A stretch of 34,964 bases of DNA. It comes from an uncultured Myxococcales bacterium (lineage in GTDB: Bacteria > Myxococcota_A > Polyangia > Polyangiales > Houyiibacteriaceae). Of this stretch, positions 1 to 8,863 are shown one piece after another (the stretch's first letter is position 1; the number at the start of each line of letters is the position of its first letter). The stretch spans positions 1-34,964 of the forward strand of contig CBDUCC010000002.1 in the NCBI GenBank assembly GCA_965365555.1, written 5' to 3'. The notes beneath the pieces are model-generated. The model was not told the origin of the DNA and made no database searches. It worked only from the letters and a program-made list of their open reading frames with translations. Position numbers and translations under genes: made by a program.

Positions 1-27
1 GCTCTTCTTCCGTCGTATCTTACCGGA

Positions 28-3000
28 TCAAAGGGCCGGCGAGGGGTACGTCGCGTTCGCGCTCGACACCGCGGCCTTTCCAACGCCGTCCACGCCGATC
101 AGCGCCACCGACCGTAGCCGCCCACGCTGCTCGCTCGACAACACCGCCTCCGCCCGTCGAATCTCCTCGTCGCGTCCGGTCAGCACGTCGCCTGCCTCCA
201 TCGTATCCGCGGCGAAAAGGCGTCGATACACGAGCGGAAGCTCCGCGCCCACGTCGGGAGCGGCGAAGCTTCCTGCCGTCAGCTCCTCGCTCGGAAGGGG
301 CCCTGCGAGGCCGATCCTCTCGCTCCAGCGTTCCAGTCGTTCCTCGCCGAACAGTGCACGCATCGCATTCCGAAGCTGCGTTTTGATCCGCTGGATTCTC
401 GGCGGTCGCTCCGCCTCCTCGATCATCCGGAGCCCGCTAGCGGCACGGCGCATCGCCTCCAATCGAGACCGACTGAACTCTCCTTCGGCGAGCTCCGTGC
501 GAAGCGTTTCGAGCGTTCCGAGCGCTGCGTCGTACATCTCGTTGGCGATCATGTCCGGCCATCCTTTGGCCTCGACACGAATCTCCTCGAGGGAGTTGTA
601 GCTCCGCTCGAGCTGTCCGTAGACCATGTCCCGAAGGAGCGAATGCATCTCTTCCGGGACCGGTTCATCATGAACGACCTCCAGCTCGGCCGTCGCCAGC
701 TCGACGTTGAAAGCGACCACGCGTTCCAGCTCCTGCAAGAGGCTTGCGAGTGGCTGCACACGCTCAGCGAGCTCGCGTCGACTGGCGAGGAGCTTCGGCG
801 CCACGCGGCTGTCGATGTACGTCAGCACCACTTCACGAAACGGCACCTCGACTTCGGGAAGAGCGGTTGGCAAGCGCCATTCCCCTGTCTGCTGCTGTCC
901 GACCGTCACCCGATAGCGCGGCGTGAGAGCGCGGCAGGCGTCCACCAGCGTGTCGAGCAGTGGAGCGATCTTCGTATCATCGCTCAGGTCTTGGTAGAGC
1001 TCGTTGGTGACGCGAGCCGCCTCGCCCGTCGCCTTACTGGTGGCTTCGGTCGAGCTCCGGAGAGCCGCGGCCAACTGCTCCCCCGATTGATCGGTTTCGA
1101 GCGCCGCGTTCAGTTCGCCCAGCGCGGTCTGAAGAGTCTCGCTCACCCGCGTGACCTGGGACGAAGCTCGGCGTTGAACGGTGTTGGTCAGACGGACCAC
1201 GTACTCGGATACGTTGTCCTTGATGCGAGCTTCGAGTCCGAGGAGCTCGAGCTCCATCGCGAGCGAGGAGTACTCGGCGGAGCTGGCTTTCCGCAGGTTT
1301 GCGACGTCTTTGGTCAGCGTCTCGATCGCCCGCATCCGATTCGCGAAGCGCCGGCTGGTCCGCCGTTCCCGTGACGGGAGGTCCAAGGTACCGAAGGTGG
1401 GGAGGTCGTCCTTCATGTGGACGAAGCCGACGGCCACCGCGCTTGCCGCGCGATACGTGCCGTCCGCAGTGATTCGGACGACCTCGTCGAGAGCCAGCGC
1501 GAGCTCCTCTTCGACCTCGTGCCGTAGTCTCACCAGATGCCGTTCGAGGTCGGCATCGGGATCCGAGCAGATGTCGACGACGTCGTCGTAGCCGGCGATC
1601 ACGCCATCGAACAGGCTGCGGGTCCGCGCCGCCATGTGGCGGTCGGCCTCGACGAACAGAGCCGCCAGAGCTTCGAATCGAGTCGGCGCATCATAGGACA
1701 GGTGGTACCGCCCGAGGGCCTTCAGCCGCACCTCGCGGATCGGCTCGGTCTGACCAAAGGCCTTTCGCCAGCCTCGGCGTGTTCGTAGCCATTGCCGCTG
1801 GATTTGCTTCCACAACGAGTCGCCCTCGTGCGCCTCATACGTTTCGTCCTCGTACGGCGCCGGCACCACTTCGGGGAGCTCGTCGACGACACTGTCGACG
1901 CTGTTCAAGATGTTCTCGGGCGTCCAGGTCTGCTTCGAGAGCGTCACGGAGCGCCCGAGCACGATCCCTCGCCAGTGCGCGGCCAGCTCGGATTGCGCCG
2001 CACGGAGCATCGTCACCAGCTCGTCCCGTTCCACCGCCTCTTCGGCGCGAGCCTGGACCGTCAGACGCCTATGCTGCCGAAGGAATTCCCGTCGGAGGTC
2101 GCGGAGGAACTTGCCCGAGTCGACCTGGAAGTCCCGCAGGGGACCGGTGGAGACTTCGCGAACGATGCTCTGGAGATCACCGCCCAGGTCTTGCATCCGA
2201 GAGTTGAGCTCCGAGCTCTTCGTTTGAAGTGGGGCTCCCCAGAGGTCTTTCGCGCCCAGGTGCTCGGGCCAGGGCTCGAGCTGCTTTGCAGGCCCATCGT
2301 CGCCCTCGGGTTTCAGCGAGGGCGGTTTCACCGAGAGATGACGGGTCGGCGCGAGCGAGGCTCGCACTCCGCTCGTCTCGCCTGCCAGGCCAAGGCCCAT
2401 CTTGAAGAGCACCGGGCCGATCAGCTCGTTGATCGCGACTCCGCCGATGATCAGGGTTTCTAGCGACTGACCGAGCTCGCCGAAGGTGTTCCCGATCAGG
2501 GCAGCGAGGAGGATCGATACTCCAGCCTGTGAGACGAAACCCATCCATCCGAATGCCCGAGTGGCTTCGTCCGCTTTGCCGAGACGAGCGCCCAATGCGG
2601 TCCCCGAGTAGATCGCGAATACGCGGACGCCGACGAGGGCGACGGCGAAGAGCGCCACTTGCTGCAGCTGATCCAGGTGGAGCTTCGCCCCTGCGAGCGT
2701 GAAGAAGACGACGTACACCGGCAGGGAAAGGCGCTCCACGGTTTCGATCAGTCGATGTCCGGTCTTGGAAAAGTTCGAGACACCGAAACCAGCGGCCAAG
2801 AAGACGAGCACGGAATCCCACTCGAGCTGGTCGGAAATGAACGTGACGAGGTAGACCACGCCGACGATGAACACCAACAGCTCTTGGTTGATGTAACGGA
2901 TGTAGAGCGCCATCAGGCCACCCACGACCACCGCGCCGAACAGGATCGAAAAAACGATGTGGTTGAGGAGATAGGCCCAGATGCCCCCTTCGATGGCTCC

Positions 3001-3753
3001 CATGCCTACCTGCTGAGCCACGACGACCTGAGCCACCGCAAATGCCACGACGACGATCACGTCTTTCAAGACCACGACGGACAGCACGTTTCGGGTCATC
3101 GGACCCTCGGCGCGCGACTCCATGATGACTGCGATCGTCGCCGCCGGAGAGGTGGCGAGCGAGACCGAGGCGACCATGCCGCCAACTGCGAGCGCGGCGA
3201 TCATCGGCAAGCCCTGCAGCCCCGGAAGCGCGATGATCGGCACCGCACCCGAGATCAGCCAAAAGAAGCCCGTCATCAAAACGCCGATCGAGACCAGTTG
3301 CGCAGCCAGGATCGAGCTGATGACGCGGAACCCGCGCTTGAGGCCCTCCAGCTTCAGCTCGCCACCGGCGGTCAGCGCGATCAGGGCGACGGCCAACGTG
3401 TCGAGCAGGCTCAATTGGTCGATGACGTCGTCGTTCAGGATTCCCTTGTCGAAGGGCGGTGGGAGCCCGAGACCGCTGAGCGCCGTGGCGAAGGAAGGTC
3501 CGAAGACCAGGCCAGCGATCAGGTAACCGGTGATGTGCGGCAGCCTGATTTGGCCGACCAGCCCGCCGATCGTGTAGCTCGCCAGCACCACGAAACCAAA
3601 GGCGAGCATCCCGCTCGGGTCGAACTCCTGCTGGGCGAACTGCTCGAACTGGTAGAGTGCTGCCATCCCGAACAGAAGGAGGATGATCACCGAGATCTGG
3701 CGACGCGCGTGACTCTCTTCGCCGGGCGGAGGCATGCTGTAGGCGCCAGTCAT
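28..3753 (-). CDS. CPA2-type cation:proton antiporter-like membrane domain (about 455 aa) fused to a ~780-aa helical cytoplasmic extension of unknown function
   Basis: 1241-aa ORF. The N-terminal part has about 12 hydrophobic helices with Kef/NapA-like signatures (LPHITGYLIAGLVFGPS; LAAGFGVSNFSKTGHRLIETVERLSLPVYVVFFTLAGAKL). The remainder is charged, rich in Ala/Glu/Arg/Leu, and has no TM segments. The ATG shares one base with the trkH stop (TGATG). Confidence 0.75.
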   Translation of the reverse strand: MTGAYSMPPPGEESHARRQISVIILLLFGMAALYQFEQFAQQEFDPSGMLAFGFVVLASYTIGGLVGQIRLPHITGYLIAGLVFGPSFATALSGLGLPPPFDKGILNDDVIDQLSLLDTLAVALIALTAGGELKLEGLKRGFRVISSILAAQLVSIGVLMTGFFWLISGAVPIIALPGLQGLPMIAALAVGGMVASVSLATSPAATIAVIMESRAEGPMTRNVLSVVVLKDVIVVVAFAVAQVVVAQQVGMGAIEGGIWAYLLNHIVFSILFGAVVVGGLMALYIRYINQELLVFIVGVVYLVTFISDQLEWDSVLVFLAAGFGVSNFSKTGHRLIETVERLSLPVYVVFFTLAGAKLHLDQLQQVALFAVALVGVRVFAIYSGTALGARLGKADEATRAFGWMGFVSQAGVSILLAALIGNTFGELGQSLETLIIGGVAINELIGPVLFKMGLGLAGETSGVRASLAPTRHLSVKPPSLKPEGDDGPAKQLEPWPEHLGAKDLWGAPLQTKSSELNSRMQDLGGDLQSIVREVSTGPLRDFQVDSGKFLRDLRREFLRQHRRLTVQARAEEAVERDELVTMLRAAQSELAAHWRGIVLGRSVTLSKQTWTPENILNSVDSVVDELPEVVPAPYEDETYEAHEGDSLWKQIQRQWLRTRRGWRKAFGQTEPIREVRLKALGRYHLSYDAPTRFEALAALFVEADRHMAARTRSLFDGVIAGYDDVVDICSDPDADLERHLVRLRHEVEEELALALDEVVRITADGTYRAASAVAVGFVHMKDDLPTFGTLDLPSRERRTSRRFANRMRAIETLTKDVANLRKASSAEYSSLAMELELLGLEARIKDNVSEYVVRLTNTVQRRASSQVTRVSETLQTALGELNAALETDQSGEQLAAALRSSTEATSKATGEAARVTNELYQDLSDDTKIAPLLDTLVDACRALTPRYRVTVGQQQTGEWRLPTALPEVEVPFREVVLTYIDSRVAPKLLASRRELAERVQPLASLLQELERVVAFNVELATAELEVVHDEPVPEEMHSLLRDMVYGQLERSYNSLEEIRVEAKGWPDMIANEMYDAALGTLETLRTELAEGEFSRSRLEAMRRAASGLRMIEEAERPPRIQRIKTQLRNAMRALFGEERLERWSERIGLAGPLPSEELTAGSFAAPDVGAELPLVYRRLFAADTMEAGDVLTGRDEEIRRAEAVLSSEQRGRLRSVALIGVDGVGKAAVSSANATYPSPAL

Positions 3754-5243
3754 CAGCGTCTCCAGAAGCCCGGTAGCATCAGGGCGAACAGGGTGAAGAA
3801 CTCGAGGCGGCCGAGCAGCATGGCGAGTGCGAAGAAGAGCTTACTGCCTGCCGAGTAGCTCGCGAAGTTGTCGGGTCCGATGTGAAACGGTGCCGGGCCC
3901 ATGTTCGAGAGACAGGTCAGCATGGTGCCGAACGCCGTGGGCACGGGCACGCCTTCGACGAGGGTCACGAACAAGATGCCGAACCCGATGCACCCCATGT
4001 AGATGAGGAAGAACGAGGCGACGTCCGAAAGGACCTGGGTGCTCACGGCGACCTTGCCCATGCGAACGAGCTGGACGGTGGCTGGGCGGAAGCTCTTCTG
4101 GAGCTGAGCAATCGCTTGCTTGCCCATTAGAACGGCGCGTTCGACTTTGATTCCACCCGCCGTCGAGCCGGCGCAGCCGCCAACGAACATCAGCAAAATC
4201 ACGATCGTGAGCGCGGTCGAGCTGTAAACGCTGTAATCGTCCGTTCCGTAGCCCGTCGATGAAATCGTCGTGGCGACCATGAAGAACGAGTAGCGGAAGG
4301 AGGTGAGAATCTCCTGGTGCACGCTGAGGTTCAACGCGGTCAGTACGACCACGGAGGCCCCGACGATTCCCAGATACGCCCTGAACTCGATGTTGCGGAC
4401 GAGGCCTCGCCAGCTCCCGGTTCGCAGCAGCCCGTAGTAGAGGCCGTAGTTGACGCTGCCGATCAGCATGAAACAGGCGATGACGTACTCGACCGCCGGC
4501 CGCTCGAAGCCCCCAATCGAGGCGTCCAACGTCGAGAAGCCGCCCGTCGACATCGTCGTGAACGCGTGACAAACCGCATCGAAGAGGTCGAGCCCGAGCA
4601 CTTTCAGCAGCGCCACCTCGATGAGCGTCAGCACGCCGTAGAGCTTCCAGAGCGCGAAGGACGTCTCAGCGATTCGCGGGCGGAGCCCTTCTGCCGTGGT
4701 TCCTGGCACCTCTCCCCGGAACATGTGCTTGCCCCCTGCGCCGAGGTTCGGAAAGACTGCGACGAACAACACGACGATGCCCATCCCTCCGAGCCATTGG
4801 ATCAGGGAGCGCCAGAGGAGGAGCGGCCGCGATAGCTGGCCTTCGATGTCGGTGACCACCGTGGCGCCAGTGGTCGTCAGTCCGCTGACCGACTCGAAGA
4901 ACGCGTCCGTCGCCGTCATGCCGGCGCCCAGCATGAACGGGATCGCGCCGCATGCCCCAGCCGCAACCCAAATCAGACTCACGGCGAGGATCGCTTCGCG
5001 CCGCGAGATCCGCTCCGAGACGTGGCGTTTGCCGTAGAGAAAGGCGCCCAGACCGAGCGACGAGACGATGATCGACGACAGCGCGAGCGCTGCGGCGCCA
5101 CCCTGGGGCCGAGTCGGGTCCGGAGCGAGCTTGTCCCAGAGCATGCCGATCCCCGCGCACAGGGAGATCATCACACCGAGGCCGAGCACGACGGCGCCGA
5201 CCGGCCGAATGACCCCACGAAAATCTCGGGCTTGCGAGCTCAC
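3753..5243 (-). CDS. trkH: TrkH/KtrB-family potassium uptake membrane subunit
   Basis: 496-aa polytopic ORF with repeated selectivity-filter-like pore loops (SGLTTTGAT, MSTGGFS, SSTGYGT, GSTAGGIK). The GTG start overlaps the trkA stop (GTGA). Confidence 0.9.
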   Translation of the reverse strand: MSSQARDFRGVIRPVGAVVLGLGVMISLCAGIGMLWDKLAPDPTRPQGGAAALALSSIIVSSLGLGAFLYGKRHVSERISRREAILAVSLIWVAAGACGAIPFMLGAGMTATDAFFESVSGLTTTGATVVTDIEGQLSRPLLLWRSLIQWLGGMGIVVLFVAVFPNLGAGGKHMFRGEVPGTTAEGLRPRIAETSFALWKLYGVLTLIEVALLKVLGLDLFDAVCHAFTTMSTGGFSTLDASIGGFERPAVEYVIACFMLIGSVNYGLYYGLLRTGSWRGLVRNIEFRAYLGIVGASVVVLTALNLSVHQEILTSFRYSFFMVATTISSTGYGTDDYSVYSSTALTIVILLMFVGGCAGSTAGGIKVERAVLMGKQAIAQLQKSFRPATVQLVRMGKVAVSTQVLSDVASFFLIYMGCIGFGILFVTLVEGVPVPTAFGTMLTCLSNMGPAPFHIGPDNFASYSAGSKLFFALAMLLGRLEFFTLFALMLPGFWRR

Positions 5244-6580
5244 TCACCCCTCGGTCGAAAGAGCCGCTCGACGGTCGGTCGTGCATCCTTCGTGGTCATG
5301 AGGATGACGCGATCTCCGGGGTGCACGACGTCCTTGCCGTGAGGGATGATCACGTCATCCCCGTGCACGATCGCAGCAAGCAGGGAGCCACGCGGGAGGT
5401 TCATTCGATGAAGCGGCTTGTTCACCGCGCGGCACTTCGGGCTCGCGGTCAGCTCCACGACCTCGGCCTGGCCGTCTTCGAGGACCGTCAAGCTGTGCAG
5501 ACCACCGCCTCGGGAGAATCGCAGAATCTGGTCGGAAGCGACGGTGCGCGGCGAGAGAACGATGTCGACTCCGAGTTGTCGATAGATCGACGCGTAGTCG
5601 GCGCGCTGCACGATCGTCGCCGTTCGCTTGCAACCGACACGCTGCGCGAGGAGGGCGGCCATCAGGTTGATCTCGTCCTGCCGCGTGACGGCCGCGAACA
5701 GGTCATAGGTCCCGACTTCCTCTTCCTCGAGCAGGGCACCGTCCGTTCCATCGCCGTGAACGACCTCGATGCCCTGGAACTCAGCGCTGATCTCCTCGGC
5801 GACCTCGAGGTCGCTCTCGATCATCATTACGGTAGCGCCCTGCGAAAGAAGCTCTCGCGCGAGAGCTTTGCCCACGACGCCGCCACCGACGATGCACACG
5901 CGCTTCGCTTCGCGCTCCTTGCTGAAAAGCCGCTCCGCGGCGAGCACGCCTTCGGGCCGACCGATCAAGTAGACTCGGTCGCCTTTGACCAGAACGTCTG
6001 CACCACCGGGGACGAACAACTCCCCGTCGCGAACGACCGCGCTCACCAAGGTATGCGGTGGGAGCTCGATCGAGGAGAGCGGCTTGTTCAGAACGCGTGA
6101 ATCATCGAGGTCGATCTGCACCAATTCGACGCGGTCCTGCGCCAAATCAACGACGTCCGAAGCGCCGTAGGAACGTGCAATCCGGCTGAGCTCCTGCGCC
6201 ACCAGGACGCGCGGATTGATCACCACGTCGACTCCGAGCAATCCATAGCGAATGCCTTCGGTCCATTCGGACCATGCGGTGCCCTGAACGCGAGCCACCA
6301 AGTGCTTTGCGCCGAGCTGCTTGGCACCGAGAGCGGCGATGAGGTTCATCTCATCGTGGTTGGTCACCGCGGCGACCAGGTCCGCTCGGGCGGCGCCGGC
6401 GATCTTCAGCAGAGTTTCGCTCGCGCCGTATCCGACCATGGACGCAACGTCGTAATGCTCCTCCGCATACTGGACGGCCTTCGGGTTCGAATCCACGGCG
6501 ACGATGTCGTGCCCCTCTTTGTCGAGCACGCTGAGCAAGTGGCGCCCTACCTCTCCCAGGCCGATGATGACGATGTTCAT
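5240..6580 (-). CDS. trkA: TrkA potassium uptake regulatory protein with tandem RCK/KTN NAD-binding domains
   Basis: 446 aa with two Rossmann GxGxxG motifs (IIGLGEVGRHL near the N-terminus, IVGGGVVGKAL mid-protein), each followed by a TrkA-C-like segment. ATGA overlap with the upstream gene. Confidence 0.9.
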   Translation of the reverse strand: MNIVIIGLGEVGRHLLSVLDKEGHDIVAVDSNPKAVQYAEEHYDVASMVGYGASETLLKIAGAARADLVAAVTNHDEMNLIAALGAKQLGAKHLVARVQGTAWSEWTEGIRYGLLGVDVVINPRVLVAQELSRIARSYGASDVVDLAQDRVELVQIDLDDSRVLNKPLSSIELPPHTLVSAVVRDGELFVPGGADVLVKGDRVYLIGRPEGVLAAERLFSKEREAKRVCIVGGGVVGKALARELLSQGATVMMIESDLEVAEEISAEFQGIEVVHGDGTDGALLEEEEVGTYDLFAAVTRQDEINLMAALLAQRVGCKRTATIVQRADYASIYRQLGVDIVLSPRTVASDQILRFSRGGGLHSLTVLEDGQAEVVELTASPKCRAVNKPLHRMNLPRGSLLAAIVHGDDVIIPHGKDVVHPGDRVILMTTKDARPTVERLFRPRGE

Positions 6581-7938
6581 TTCGCGGATACCTCGATGGA
6601 AGTGCGGGAATCGCCTTCGCGGATCTCTCGTTGAATCTCACCCTGGTCCGCCAGTAGCCCGCGCAGCAGACGAGGGGCGAGCAGGTCGTTGATGACGATC
6701 GAGCCGAGCACGACCGAATACGCGATGTCCGCGGCGCCGCCCTGATACACGAGTCGGAACGAGACCGCCATCGCAAGCGTCACGTCTCCATGGGCGAGCA
6801 GGCCGCGAAACAGGTCCTTGCGAAGGGTCGTCCCCCAGGCAGCGATGATGCTGGCGAGCCATTTGGCAAGGGTTCGCAGGACCAGGAATCCCGCGAGGGC
6901 GACCAGAGTCGCCTGAAGGTCGGTCGGTCTCCAGAGCGCGCCCGCGAAGATCAGAAGCACGATGGCCATCGGCCGTTCCGTCGACTCCAACGTGCTGTGA
7001 AGAAGGTGGCCGCCGCGGGCGAAGTTCACCAAGACGAAACCCATCGACAGGTTCACCGCGAGCGGCGAGAGCTCGAGGAAGTACGCGCCCCCCGAGGCGA
7101 AGGCAATGATCCCGACCAGCGCCAGGAATCGAGAGTTGTCCGACTCGTCCCCGGCCAGGAAGAGCGAGAACAGAAAGCCCAGAGCCGCCCCGAGCAAGAC
7201 GGTGACCCAGGCCCAGAGTGAAGGTGAGTACTTCTGCGCGCCGGCAGCACTCTCGTGGAATACGCAGAAGATCAGGCCGAAGGCGAGGATGACCATGATG
7301 TCGCCGAGTCGCGTCCCATTGCGCAGGAGTGGCGAGAGCCGACCGCTGATCTCGTACCGACGCGACAACAGGTCGAACGGTTCGGCCGAGTCGGCCGCTG
7401 CGAAACATGCAAGGGCCGCCGCGCTGAGCATCGCGGTACGCTTCTCCTCTGCACCGAACTCCCAGGACTCGAAGAGCATCCCCGACTCGGCGAAGAAGTA
7501 ATAGGCGCCGAAGCCCACCGCTGCGCCCGGAAGCAGGTGGTGGAGGATCACGATGCGCCAGGTCGCCGGGTCGAGCTTCTGCAGGCTCGCAAAGTCGAAG
7601 TCCGTACCTCGTAAGAGGCCGACCCAGCCGGCCGCGAGCGCGATGACCGGAACGATGCCGGTCATGTTGTCGAAGACGCCAATCGCAGGGAACGTGGGTC
7701 CGAGCAGTGCGCCGAGGAGCAGGTACTCCGCGCCGCTCACGACCAGGAACCGGCGTTGCAGCCGTTCGACGACGTTGTGCGCCAGCACGTAAGCGACGCC
7801 GATCACGATGACCAGCAGCACCACGGTTCCGAGCTCGCCCGCGCGGCGGCCGTCCGCACTTCCGCCCGCTGCGTACGCCACGGCCGGCATCGCCGCCCCG
7901 AGGAGCCACAACGCGGTCAACATGAGCCTCCCCGCCAT
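6577..7938 (-). CDS. CPA2-like cation:proton antiporter family membrane protein without an RCK domain
   Basis: 453-aa polytopic ORF with antiporter-like motifs (GAEYLLLGALLGPTF; MGFVLVNFARGGHLLHSTLESTERPMAIVLLIFAGAL). It is paralogous to the membrane half of ORF 28-3753. The N-terminus looks like a signal peptide. Confidence 0.7.
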   Translation of the reverse strand: MAGRLMLTALWLLGAAMPAVAYAAGGSADGRRAGELGTVVLLVIVIGVAYVLAHNVVERLQRRFLVVSGAEYLLLGALLGPTFPAIGVFDNMTGIVPVIALAAGWVGLLRGTDFDFASLQKLDPATWRIVILHHLLPGAAVGFGAYYFFAESGMLFESWEFGAEEKRTAMLSAAALACFAAADSAEPFDLLSRRYEISGRLSPLLRNGTRLGDIMVILAFGLIFCVFHESAAGAQKYSPSLWAWVTVLLGAALGFLFSLFLAGDESDNSRFLALVGIIAFASGGAYFLELSPLAVNLSMGFVLVNFARGGHLLHSTLESTERPMAIVLLIFAGALWRPTDLQATLVALAGFLVLRTLAKWLASIIAAWGTTLRKDLFRGLLAHGDVTLAMAVSFRLVYQGGAADIAYSVVLGSIVINDLLAPRLLRGLLADQGEIQREIREGDSRTSIEVSAK

Positions 7939-8003
7939 CAGGGCCTAATTGTGAAGAAGAAGAGGCCCGAGGGGTAGTTTCAGGCTGGACAGGTGTTTAG
8001 GCC

Positions 8004-8669
8004 CTATTTTTGAAGGCCTTCGAGCACGATGGAGATGAGTCCCTGGGTCGTCTCGACCGGATCCATCTGAATCTGGTTGCGTACGGATGCGAGTGCCAGG
8101 GCTTCGACCGCGCCGAGCACGGCCAGGGCGCTGACGCGAGGGTCCGAGACGACGACCAAACGCTGATCGACGGCCACCTGGCTGAGGCCCATCGCCCGCT
8201 CGTCCAGCTCTGCCGCCAGGTCGGAGATCGCCTGGCGGGCCACGGTTGCCGGAGCTCTGCGCTCCTGCAAATACAGGCACATTGCGTCCGGATACATGGC
8301 GAGCGCGCCGACGAGCCGGTTTCCAAGCTCACCGTAGGCGCGGACGGCTTCCGCACGTCCGGTCACCGAGCGAAGCTGCTTGTGACAGGCATCGAGTGCC
8401 GCCCGCATCGTCTGTGCGACCGGCTCGACCACGGCCTCGACGAGGTCGGCTTTGTCCCGGAAATACCGGTAGAAATTGCCCTTTGCCATGCCCGCTTCTC
8501 GGGCGACCTCGTCGATGGTCACCGCCTCGATGCCGCGCGCGAGGAACAGGGTGAGTCCCGCATCGACGAGGTCCTGAACCCGCTTTCGACGGTTGAGGTC
8601 TCGCTTTCCACCGACTGCGCCGGGTCGTTCCATCGGCCCGGCTCGCCTTGGCCTTATCTCCTGGTCCAT
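8004..8669 (-). CDS. TetR/AcrR family transcriptional regulator
   Basis: TetR HTH signature (TIDEVAREAGMAKGNFYRYFRDKADLV). The start is trimmed from the ORF-track 8837 to the ATG at 8669, which has an AGGAG Shine-Dalgarno 7 nt upstream. The upstream extension is Cys/Arg/Pro-rich and not protein-like. Confidence 0.85.
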   Translation of the reverse strand: MDQEIRPRRAGPMERPGAVGGKRDLNRRKRVQDLVDAGLTLFLARGIEAVTIDEVAREAGMAKGNFYRYFRDKADLVEAVVEPVAQTMRAALDACHKQLRSVTGRAEAVRAYGELGNRLVGALAMYPDAMCLYLQERRAPATVARQAISDLAAELDERAMGLSQVAVDQRLVVVSDPRVSALAVLGAVEALALASVRNQIQMDPVETTQGLISIVLEGLQK

Positions 8670-8863
8670 CGATATGCTCCTAACGGGGGTGAAGCGTTCT
8701 TCTGGAAGGTATGGGGCACGAGGTGGACACGTAAAGACCTTCCGCGAAAATATTGCGCATCCTTGCCGAGGCGAAAGCCGTGCTTGCGGAAATCGGCAGA
8801 AACGAACAAAATTCCAAGTGTTAGCCTCGATTGACATCCAGAGGAGCGGCCTCTACGACCTGA

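Noticed and set aside
28-120. Calling the C-terminal GVDGVGK motif of the CPA2 fusion a functional P-loop ATPase domain.
   Set aside because: Only about 14 residues follow the motif. The Lys is followed by Ala, and no Walker B or sensor motifs can exist in the remaining sequence. It is reported as an oddity rather than annotated as an ATPase.
7941-8011. Possible intrinsic terminator from the GGGCCT/AGGCCC repeats and a TATTTTT run near the tetR stop.
   Set aside because: The T-run is on the plus strand, where no gene ends. On the minus-strand transcript the 6-bp stem has a 16-nt loop and no following U-tract, so it is not a convincing terminator.
8670-8837. N-terminal extensions of track ORFs: TetR to 8837, E1beta from 10856, E2 from 11641, serS from 16846, ftsB-like from 28394.
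   Set aside because: The extensions overlap neighbouring genes or intergenic DNA, have non-protein-like composition, and precede internal starts that align with canonical family N-termini. Those internal starts often have an SD or a stop/start overlap, so the starts were trimmed instead.
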